From the NCBI GenBank assembly GCA_035295705.1, contig DATGIN010000003.1, forward strand, positions 3,476 to 67,475: a DNA stretch of 64,000 nucleotides. The letters are read 5' to 3'. Positions 1-10,071 of the stretch are shown here, one piece after another. Source of the DNA: Caulobacteraceae bacterium (GTDB lineage: Bacteria; Pseudomonadota; Alphaproteobacteria; Caulobacterales; Caulobacteraceae). Each line of letters starts with the position of its first letter. Positions within the stretch are counted from its first letter, which is position 1. The translations under genes and the position numbers were made by a program. The notes below the pieces were generated by a model. That model was given only the letters and a program-made list of their open reading frames with translations. It ran no database searches and was not told where the DNA came from.

Positions 1-2
1 GC

Positions 3-971
3 TTGGGCGCAATGAATTTCGGGACTTCGGAGAGCGCCCCGACCGACGAGGCGGAGGGGACGCGGATCATCCACGCGTTCCTCGACGCCGGGAACAACTT
101 CATCGACACGGCCAACGTCTACACCGGCGGCCAGTCCGAGGAGATCGTCGGCCGGGCGGTCAAGGGCCGGCGCGAAAACGTCGTGATTGCGACCAAGGCG
201 CGGGGCGCGCAGGGGCCTGGGCCCAACGACGTCGGCCTGTCGCGGCTGCACCTGACACGGGCGCTCGATGCGAGCCTGAAGCGGCTGGGAACCGACTACG
301 TCGACCTCTACCAGATGCACCACTTCGATCCGGACACGCCGCTGGAAGAGTCGATGGATACGCTGGCCGGCTTCGTACGCGCCGGGAAGGTTCGCTACAT
401 CGGCTGTTCGAACTTCACCGGCAGCCAGATCGTCGAATGCCAGTGGGCCGCGGAGCGGCAGAACGGCGTGCCGTTGACCAGCCTGCAGCCGCGCTACTCG
501 CTCATCGCCCGCGACATCGAGGCGGACGTGCTCCCGACCGCCGAGCGGCATGGCCTCGGGACGTTGATCTACAGCCCGATCGGCGGCGGCATGCTCAGCG
601 GCAAGTACCGCCGCGGTGAAGACCCCGCCGCGGACTCCAGGCTTGGCCGCCGCGGCCGCGTCGGGATGGCCGGCATGATCCTGACCGACCGCAACTTCGA
701 CATCGTGGATGCGGTCGAAGACGTCGCCGCCGAGCTCGGGACCACGCCGGTTGCGGTCGCCATCGCCTGGTGCCTGACCCGCCGCGGCGTGACCAGCGTC
801 ATCATCGGCCCGCGCACGCTTCAGCAGCTGAAGGACTACGAGCCTGGCTTCACGCTCAAGCTGCCGGAGGAAGCGATCAAGCGGCTGTCCGACGTCTCGC
901 GGCCTAACGGCCCGCGGGCTGCGCCCGCGACGCAAGCGGCGACGCGGCGCGAGCGCGTACCGGCCGAATAG
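3..971 (+). CDS. Aldo/keto reductase (5' end outside window)
   Basis: AKR motifs DTANVY, VIATK, DLYQMH, GKVRYIGCSN, YSPIGGG; ORF open at window edge. Confidence 0.9.
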   Translation: MGAMNFGTSESAPTDEAEGTRIIHAFLDAGNNFIDTANVYTGGQSEEIVGRAVKGRRENVVIATKARGAQGPGPNDVGLSRLHLTRALDASLKRLGTDYVDLYQMHHFDPDTPLEESMDTLAGFVRAGKVRYIGCSNFTGSQIVECQWAAERQNGVPLTSLQPRYSLIARDIEADVLPTAERHGLGTLIYSPIGGGMLSGKYRRGEDPAADSRLGRRGRVGMAGMILTDRNFDIVDAVEDVAAELGTTPVAVAIAWCLTRRGVTSVIIGPRTLQQLKDYEPGFTLKLPEEAIKRLSDVSRPNGPRAAPATQAATRRERVPAE

Positions 972-974
972 GGA

Positions 975-1418
975 CTAGGCGGCCAGGTAGCGCGCGAGGC
1001 TGTTCAGGCAGGGGATCCACCCCTGGGCGGAATGCCACGACTCCTCACCGGTGGTGGTGAGGACCAGTTCCGTTCGGCCATCGCCGAGGTCGCGGAACTC
1101 CAGGACGATGCTCTCGCCGATCATGTCCTTGCCGTCGAGCGACACGCCCGCTTCCCAGGCCAGCCGCGTCATCGGCTTCACCTCGCTGTAGACGCCCGTC
1201 TCGATGTAGGGCGTGGCCCCCTGCTTGCCGAACGCGACGCGGTAGCCGCCGCCGGCGCGAACGTCGGCCTCCGCCCAGTGCACGACGTGGTCGTCGTCGG
1301 CCATGTACCAGCGTCCGAGGGCTTCGGCCGTCGTCCAGGCCGCCCAGACCCGCTCCACCGGCGCGTCGTAGATGCGCCTCAGCACAAGCGTGCATTCGAT
1401 CCTGTAAGGCTCGGCCAT
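975..1418 (-). CDS. SRPBCC/AHSA1 (START-like) domain protein
   Basis: LVLRRIYDAPVERVWAAWT...ARW and ADVRAGGGYR are typical of AHSA1-type SRPBCC; start placed at ATG 1418 (alternative 1433/1436). Confidence 0.85.
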   Translation of the reverse strand: MAEPYRIECTLVLRRIYDAPVERVWAAWTTAEALGRWYMADDDHVVHWAEADVRAGGGYRVAFGKQGATPYIETGVYSEVKPMTRLAWEAGVSLDGKDMIGESIVLEFRDLGDGRTELVLTTTGEESWHSAQGWIPCLNSLARYLAA

Positions 1419-1431
1419 CGGCGTCGATCCC

Positions 1432-1454
1432 ATCACTTAAGCAAGTGATTAAGT
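1432..1454. promoter_or_regulatory. AT-rich palindromic operator upstream of the SRPBCC gene
   Basis: ACTTAAGC-aagt-GATTAAGT (1435-1454, one mismatch) overlapping ATCACTT-aagc-AAGTGAT (1432-1449) in a ~70% GC background. Confidence 0.6.
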
Positions 1455-1489
1455 AAAATCCGGCGCACGGTCAAGGTGAACGTCGGCGC

Positions 1490-2599
1490 CTACGGCTGCG
1501 TGATGCGCCCGCCTGTCATCGGGGCGGCGACGCCGGTCGTGCCCGGGAAGGAGATCGGCAAGCCCAGCAGGCAACGGGCGGCGAGATAGGCGAAGGCCTC
1601 GGCCTCGACCGAGTCACCTCGCCAATGCGCCTCTTCGGCGGTCAGCATCGGAAACGGCAAGGGGTCGTGGATCATCTTCATGAGTGTCGGGTTGTGCCGT
1701 CCGCCGCCGGTGACCACCAGGCGAAGCGGCGTTTCCGACAACGCCTTCAGCCCCAGCACGACCGCGCCGGCCGCAAACGCCGTGAGCGTCGCGGCGGCGT
1801 CCTCGAGGCTGAGCGCCCCGACCGGATCCAGCGGGAAGTCGAACCGGTCGAGCGATCTAGGTCCTGTGCGACGGAAGTACGGGTGCTCGAAATAGGCCGC
1901 GACGGTGGCGACATCGAAGCGGCCGGCGGCGGCGAGCGCGCCTCCGGCATCGTAGCGGCCCGCTCCCCTCGTCTGGACAAGCTGGTCGATCATCCCGTTC
2001 GCCGGCCCACAATCGAACGCCTCGAGGATGCCGTCGGAGCGGACCAGCGTGAGGTTCGCCACTCCACCCAGATTCAGCACCGCCGTCGGCGGAGCCAGGT
2101 TGGAATATCGAACGAGCGCGGCGTGGTAGACCGGCGCCAGCGGCGCCCCCTGCCCGCCTGCCGCGATGTCGTCGGAGCGGAAGTCGTAGGCGACCGCAAC
2201 GCCGAGGCCGCGGGCGACCGCGGCGGCGTCGACCAGCTGCACGGTCCGCCCTTGGGGCCGCTCCGGCGTCGGCGGCGCGTGCAGCACGGTCTGGCCCTGC
2301 AGCCCGATGAGGTCGATGTCCTCGGGCAGGAGGCGATGCCGGCGCATCAATTCCTCGCCCGCCGCGATGTGCTCTTCGGCGATCGCGGTCGCCGCGGCGG
2401 CGAAGCTCGCGGGGGGCGCGTCCCCCGGCGAAGAGCGCAAGGCGTCGGCGATCGCCGCCTCGACCAGCGCCCGGACCGGCGGGTCGAGCGGCTTCTCGCC
2501 TACCGGCCCCAGCCGCTCGATCGCCTCGCCGTCGGTCTCGATGACCGCCGCATCGACCGCGTCGAGCGAGGTCCCCGTCATGAAGCCCAGGATACGCAT
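1490..2599 (-). CDS. anmK: Anhydro-N-acetylmuramic acid kinase
   Basis: N-terminal GFMTGTSLDAVD, GGQGAPL, NLGGVAN, FDCGPAN, GGGRHN, EAEAFAYLA motifs; divergent from tyrS. Confidence 0.95.
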   Translation of the reverse strand: MRILGFMTGTSLDAVDAAVIETDGEAIERLGPVGEKPLDPPVRALVEAAIADALRSSPGDAPPASFAAAATAIAEEHIAAGEELMRRHRLLPEDIDLIGLQGQTVLHAPPTPERPQGRTVQLVDAAAVARGLGVAVAYDFRSDDIAAGGQGAPLAPVYHAALVRYSNLAPPTAVLNLGGVANLTLVRSDGILEAFDCGPANGMIDQLVQTRGAGRYDAGGALAAAGRFDVATVAAYFEHPYFRRTGPRSLDRFDFPLDPVGALSLEDAAATLTAFAAGAVVLGLKALSETPLRLVVTGGGRHNPTLMKMIHDPLPFPMLTAEEAHWRGDSVEAEAFAYLAARCLLGLPISFPGTTGVAAPMTGGRITQP

Positions 2600-2604
2600 G
2601 GGCG

Positions 2605-2634
2605 TTGACTGCCATAGGCCCGCGCCGCTACCAA
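2605..2634 (+). promoter_or_regulatory. Housekeeping sigma70-type promoter for the tyrS leader
   Basis: TTGACT (2605-2610), 16 nt, GCTACCAA (2627-2634), close to the Caulobacter sigma73 consensus TTGACG...GCTANAWC; implies a start near 2640. Confidence 0.55.
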
Positions 2635-2643
2635 GCGGCCGCC

Positions 2644-2694
2644 ATGACCGGAACGGCTCGCCTCAGCCGCCGCTACTACCGCTCGCACCTCTAG
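2644..2694 (+). CDS. Putative tyrS leader peptide MTGTARLSRRYYRSHL
   Basis: ATG...TAC TAC...TAG read from sequence; tandem Tyr codons immediately followed by the 5' arm of a hairpin (CCGCTCG 2679-2685 / CGAGCGG 2698-2704). Confidence 0.6.
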   Translation: MTGTARLSRRYYRSHL

Positions 2695-2796
2695 GGACGA
2701 GCGGCCGGTCCAGCACGCCCAGCCGCCCGCGAAGGCCGGCTTCGGGCTCTTGCAAAGAGACGGTCTCCGGCCGAAAGCCACATCAAGGATTCCGTC

Positions 2797-4071
2797 ATGC
2801 CGCCAGACGCAGCAACGCCAGCCTTCAAGCCGAAGTCCGACCTCGTGCGGACCTTGCTCGAGCGCGGCCATGTCTACCAGGCGACCGACCTCGCTGGCCT
2901 GGACGCGGCGGCGGCCAAGGGCCCGATCACCGGCTACATCGGCTTCGACGCCACCGCCTCGTCGCTGCACGTGGGCAGCCTCGTGCAGATCATGACGCTC
3001 CGCCGCATGCAGGAGACGGGGCATCGGCCGATCGTCCTGATGGGTGGCGGAACGACGAAGGTCGGCGATCCCTCTGACAAGTCGAGCCAACGTCCGCTGC
3101 TCTCCGACGCGCAGATCGCGGCCAACATCGCGGGCATCCAGCGCGCGTTCGCGCCTTTCCTGCGCTTCGGCGATGGGCCGACCGACGCTGTCATGGTCAA
3201 CAACGCCGACTGGCTGGAGGCGCTCGGCTACATCGAGTTCCTCCGTTCGTTCGGGGTGGAATTCACCCTCAACCGGCTGCTGACCCTCGAGTTCGTCCGC
3301 TCACGGATCGATAACGAGCTGCCGCTGACGGTGCTCGAGCTCAACTACGTCTTGATGCAGGCGGTCGACTTCCTCGAGCTGCACCGGCGCCTGGGCTGCA
3401 GGCTGCAGTTCGGCGGCTCCGAGCAGTGGGGCAACATCGTCAACGGCATCGACCTGATCCGCCGGCTGGACGGTGCGGAGGCCTTCGGCGTGACAGCGCC
3501 GCTGGTGACCACAGCGTCCGGCGTCAAGATGGGCAAGACGGTAGAGGGCGCCGTGTGGCTGAATCCGGAGCTGTTGGGCGCCTACGACTACTGGCAGTTC
3601 TGGCGCAACACCGACGACGCGGACGTGGGCCGATTCCTGCGCCTATTCACCGATTTGCCGCTGGACGAGATCGAACGGCTGGAGCGTCTCGGCGGGGCCG
3701 AGATCAACGAAGCCAAGAAGATCCTGGCAAACGAGGCCACCGGCCTGCTGCACGGGCCCGAGGAGGCGGAGTCCGCGGCGCTCACCGCAAAGGCGGCGTT
3801 CGAGGAGGGCCGCACGGCCGACGCTCTCGCCGGCCTGCCCTCGGTCGGCCTGCCGGAGACGACCTTCCGCGGCATGTCGAACACGCAGCTGATGGTTGCG
3901 GTCGGCTTTGCGACGTCCAACTCGGACGCACGGCGGCAGATCGCCGGCGGCGGCTTCCGCATCGACGGCGTAAAGGTCGCCGACGCCGACGCGCCCGCGC
4001 GCATCGACGGACGCGAAGCCGAACTGCGCAAGGGCAAGACCCGCATTCGTTTCTTTCTTGAGGAGGCGTGA
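2797..4071 (+). CDS. tyrS: Tyrosine--tRNA ligase
   Basis: YIGFDATASSLHVGS (HIGH), QWGNI, KMGKT (KMSKS), C-terminal S4-like domain. Confidence 0.97.
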   Translation: MPPDAATPAFKPKSDLVRTLLERGHVYQATDLAGLDAAAAKGPITGYIGFDATASSLHVGSLVQIMTLRRMQETGHRPIVLMGGGTTKVGDPSDKSSQRPLLSDAQIAANIAGIQRAFAPFLRFGDGPTDAVMVNNADWLEALGYIEFLRSFGVEFTLNRLLTLEFVRSRIDNELPLTVLELNYVLMQAVDFLELHRRLGCRLQFGGSEQWGNIVNGIDLIRRLDGAEAFGVTAPLVTTASGVKMGKTVEGAVWLNPELLGAYDYWQFWRNTDDADVGRFLRLFTDLPLDEIERLERLGGAEINEAKKILANEATGLLHGPEEAESAALTAKAAFEEGRTADALAGLPSVGLPETTFRGMSNTQLMVAVGFATSNSDARRQIAGGGFRIDGVKVADADAPARIDGREAELRKGKTRIRFFLEEA

Positions 4072-4074
4072 ACG

Positions 4075-4545
4075 ATGGCCAAAGAACTGGCGGTGGGCGA
4101 CGCTGCGCCCGACTTCGACCTGGAGGCGGATGGCGGCAAGCGCGTGCGCCTCGGCGATTTCAAGCGACGCAAGCTCGTTCTCTACTTCTATCCCAAGGAC
4201 GATACGTCTGGCTGCACCACCGAAGCGAAAGCGTTCGCCCAGGCGGCCAGCGATTTCGACGCCGCGGGCGCGTCGATCGTCGGGGTGTCCAAGGACTCCG
4301 TGAAGAGCCACGACAAGTTCAAGGCCAAGTACGAGCTCAACTTCGCGCTCGGCTCCGACGCCGACGGGCAGGTGATGGAGCGCTACGGCGTCTGGGTCGA
4401 AAAGAGCATGTACGGGCGCAAGTACATGGGCACGGAGCGCACGACGCTGCTCATCGACGGGGGCGGCCGCATCGCAAAGATCTGGCGCAAGGTGAAGGTG
4501 CCCGGGCACGCGAAGGCCGTGCTGGATGCGGTTCGCGCCCTCTGA
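4075..4545 (+). CDS. bcp: Peroxiredoxin BCP/PrxQ (single Cys)
   Basis: LYFYPKDDTSGCTTEA peroxidatic motif, GVSKD, ERTTLLID. Confidence 0.93.
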   Translation: MAKELAVGDAAPDFDLEADGGKRVRLGDFKRRKLVLYFYPKDDTSGCTTEAKAFAQAASDFDAAGASIVGVSKDSVKSHDKFKAKYELNFALGSDADGQVMERYGVWVEKSMYGRKYMGTERTTLLIDGGGRIAKIWRKVKVPGHAKAVLDAVRAL

Positions 4546-4702
4546 GCATCGCACCTTCTGCGCCGGAAGAGGCCGGGCCTGAAGCCGCTTGCCGCAACGC
4601 AGCCGGACGAAACGCCGCGCTGTGCGCATGGGCTCGGCCGGTTGCCTATGCCGTACCGGATGGGTCATAACGCGAAGGACGCTCGAGGTGGGGTCCGCGC
4701 GG

Positions 4703-5872
4703 ATGGTCGTCGACCAACTGACACGGTTGCGAGGCTTTCTGGAGCGCACCTTTCCCGAGCGTCATGTCTATGTCCGCTCCGGCGGCGGGACCGTGAAGGG
4801 CGTCGTGCTGACGACGCGCCACCAGACCCTCGCGGCCGGCGGGGCATCGTTGCTCGGCCTGTGGCTCCTGGTCTGCACCGCGACGGTCTTCATCGGCGCC
4901 GTCTCCCCGAGCCCGGCGGATCGCGCCGCCGCCCGGATGCAGGCGTACTATGAGCGACTGACCGCCGACCGGCAGGCGAAGCTCAACAGCGCCATGGCGC
5001 AGCTCAGCGACACGAACGGCGCGCTCGGCGAGCTGGCGCGTTCGGTCGAGACCCGTCATGAGGCGCTGGCTCTCTTGCTGACCGAGGCGAGGGGCGAACC
5101 CGGCGCGGCGCAGGCGCTTGCTCCGGCGCCCATGCCAGCCCTGGCCAACGCCAATCCCCTCGCCGGCGTGCGCGCCGTCGAGCAGGACCAGGACCGACTG
5201 ATCGCCCAGGCGGAAACCTACGCCAAGTCGAAGGCCGACCGCCTGCGCCTCGCCTTCCGGCTCGCCGGGCTCGACCCTGCGTCATTTAGCCCCGTGAGCG
5301 ACGACAACCTGGGCGGCCCGCTGATCGAAGCGAAGGACCCACGCGCGCTCGCCGCCATCCTCGACGTCGATCCCGCATTTGCGCAGCGCATCCAGAGCGC
5401 CGCCACCGACCTGTCGGACATGCGGGCGTTGAGCGGCGTGGCGCGGTCGCTGCCGCTCGGATTCCCAACCCTCGCCTCGCAAACGCACCGCACCAGCGGG
5501 TTCGGCGTCCGCATCGATCCGTTCACCGGCCAGCGCGCGTTCCACCCGGGAGTCGATTTTGCGGGACCGATGTACACCCCGGTGCATGCGACAGCGCCTG
5601 GGGTGGTCTCCTTCGTCGGGCAGCGCAACGGCTACGGCAACGTGGTCGAAATCGATCACGGCCACGGCCTAAAGACACGGTTTGGCCATCTCGCCGCGAT
5701 TTACGTGCAGGTGGGCCAGCACGTCGCTATCGGTACGAAGCTGGGCGGCATCGGTTCAACCGGCCGCTCGACCGGGCCGCACCTGCACTACGAGGTGTGG
5801 GTTGACGGTCGGCTGCAAAACCCTGAACGTTTCCTGGAGGCTGGCCAATATGTTCAGCAAGCAACCCAATAA
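4703..5872 (+). CDS. M23 (LytM) endopeptidase with N-terminal TM and coiled coil (LdpA/LmdC-like)
   Basis: HPGVD (HxxxD) and STGPHLHYEV (HxH) Zn motifs; TM helix; overlaps downstream bactofilin gene. Confidence 0.9.
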   Translation: MVVDQLTRLRGFLERTFPERHVYVRSGGGTVKGVVLTTRHQTLAAGGASLLGLWLLVCTATVFIGAVSPSPADRAAARMQAYYERLTADRQAKLNSAMAQLSDTNGALGELARSVETRHEALALLLTEARGEPGAAQALAPAPMPALANANPLAGVRAVEQDQDRLIAQAETYAKSKADRLRLAFRLAGLDPASFSPVSDDNLGGPLIEAKDPRALAAILDVDPAFAQRIQSAATDLSDMRALSGVARSLPLGFPTLASQTHRTSGFGVRIDPFTGQRAFHPGVDFAGPMYTPVHATAPGVVSFVGQRNGYGNVVEIDHGHGLKTRFGHLAAIYVQVGQHVAIGTKLGGIGSTGRSTGPHLHYEVWVDGRLQNPERFLEAGQYVQQATQ

Positions 5873-6341
5873 GGCGCCGGCCGCCGCGCCGGACAGAACC
5901 TCAACCCCAAGCATCGTGAGCGAGATGAATACGTTTTCCGACCCCAACGCCGCGCGGAAGTCCGCATCGCCCAAGGTGGCCTCGCTGATCGCCGAGGATA
6001 CGACGATCGACGGCGGCGTCAGTGGCGACACCGAGCTGCATGTCGACGGCACCATTCGCGGAGACGTGGCGGTGGCGCGCCTCTCGATCGGCGAGACCGG
6101 CCAGATCGAAGGCGCCATTCAGGCCGAGGCCGTCGAGGCCCGCGGCCGCGTGATCGGCTCGATCACCGCCAAGCAGGTCAGGCTGTACGCCAGCTGCCAC
6201 ATCGATGGGGACATCACCCACGAACAGCTGACGATGGAGGCCGGGGCCTTCTTCCAGGGCCGCAGCCTGAAGTTCCAGCGCAACACCGCCCCGGTGGCGC
6301 AGATCACCGGCGAAGTGATCGAGATCACCGCCGCGGAATAG
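5850..6341 (+). CDS. bacA: Bactofilin cytoskeletal protein
   Basis: Beta-helix repeats LHVDGTIRGDV / IGETGQIEGAI / CHIDGDITHEQLTMEAGAFFQG; MFSK N-terminus; ATG overlaps end of M23 gene. Confidence 0.9.
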   Translation: MFSKQPNKAPAAAPDRTSTPSIVSEMNTFSDPNAARKSASPKVASLIAEDTTIDGGVSGDTELHVDGTIRGDVAVARLSIGETGQIEGAIQAEAVEARGRVIGSITAKQVRLYASCHIDGDITHEQLTMEAGAFFQGRSLKFQRNTAPVAQITGEVIEITAAE

Positions 6342-6349
6342 CGCCGGCC

Positions 6350-7475
6350 CTAGTCCGGCGCCGTCGCCCCGCGCGTCGCCCCCACGCGCTGGGCCAAGGC
6401 GGCGCCCATGAAGGGGTCGAGCGCGCCGTCGAGCACCCCTTGCGTGTCGGACGTCTCGACGTCGGTCCTGAGGTCTTTGACCAGCTGGTAGGGCTGCAGC
6501 ACGTAGCTGCGGATCTGGTGCCCCCAGCCGATGTCGGTCTTCTGGTCCTCGATCGCCTGCGCCTGCGCCTCACGCTTGGCGAGCTCGAGCTCGTAGAGCC
6601 GGGCGCGCAGCATCTTCCAGGCTTCCTCGCGGTTCTGGTGTTGCGAGCGCCCGGCCTGGCAGGCGACGGCCACCCCGGTTGGGATGTGGGTCAGCCTGAC
6701 CGCGGAGTCCGTCTTGTTGATATGCTGGCCGCCCGCGCCGGACGAGCGGTAGGTGTCGGTGCGTACATCGGCCGGGTTGATCTCGATCTCGATCGCGTCG
6801 TCGACCACCGGATACACCCACACGGACGCGAAGCTCGTGTGCCGCCGGGCGTTGGAGTCGAACGGCGAGATGCGCACCAGTCGATGCACCCCCGCCTCCG
6901 TCTTCAGCCAGCCATAGGCGCTTGGCCCTTTGACCTGCAGCGTCGCCGACTTGATGCCTGCCTGCTCGCCGGCGGTCTCTTCGATCACCTCGACCTTGTA
7001 GCCATGCGCCTGGGCCCAGCGCATGTACATGCGAAGCAGCATCTGCGCCCAGTCGGCCGATTCCGTGCCGCCGGCGCCGGCGTTGATTTCCAGATAGGCG
7101 TCGTTGGCGTCCGCTTCGCCGGACAGGAGCGCCTCGAGCTCGGCGCGGCCCGCGCGCGCCTTGAGCTCGGCAAGCTGCTTGCGCGCGTCCTCGAGCGAGG
7201 CCTCGTCGCCTTCCTCGTCGGCAAGCTCGGCGTAGTCGAGCGTGTCCGCTAGCGCTCGCTCGATCGAACGCACAGCCTCGACCTGGCCCGCCAGACGGGT
7301 GCGCTCGCGCATCAGCGCCTGCGCCGCCGTCGGGTTGTCCCAAAGCTTCGGGTCCTCGACGCGAGCGTCGAGCTCGTCGAGCCGCCTTAGCGCCGGATCC
7401 CAGTCAAAGGCGCCTCCTGAGCAGCTCGATCGACTGCTCGATGTCGGCCTTGGCGGCCTCGACATCCGCTCGCAT
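6350..7475 (-). CDS. prfB: Peptide chain release factor 2, translated through a +1 programmed frameshift
   Basis: GGQ motif ([12 protein letters not shown]), SPF motif; short first frame [23 protein letters not shown] from ATG 7475 ends at CTT TGA C. Confidence 0.97.
7403..7418 (-). other. prfB +1 ribosomal frameshift site
   Basis: Minus strand AGGAGG-CGC-CTT-TGA-C: internal SD 3 nt before the slippery Leu codon and UGA stop. Confidence 0.95.
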
Positions 7476-7501
7476 GAACCTCTCCTCGGTGCTCTCGAAG
7501 C

Positions 7502-9877
<2,376 letters not shown>

Positions 9878-10071
9878 GCTGCGAAGACCTCCGGGACCGC
9901 CCCCCGCGCGCATGCTCTAACCTGTGTCGGGCGTGCTCGCAAAGGCTTGCGCCCAGGCCCTTCGCGGCCGCCGGCGACGGGGCATTGTTACGGCGAAGTC
10001 ACTGGCTTCCCGCCACGCTTCGCAGCAGAAATGGGCGTCCGGCTGACTCCCTGATTCCAAAGGAGCTGCGC

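Noticed and set aside
7410-7465. ORF-track start of prfB at 7465 ([11 protein letters not shown]...)
   Set aside because: This is the +1 frame upstream of the frameshift; the real N-terminus is in the 7475 frame.
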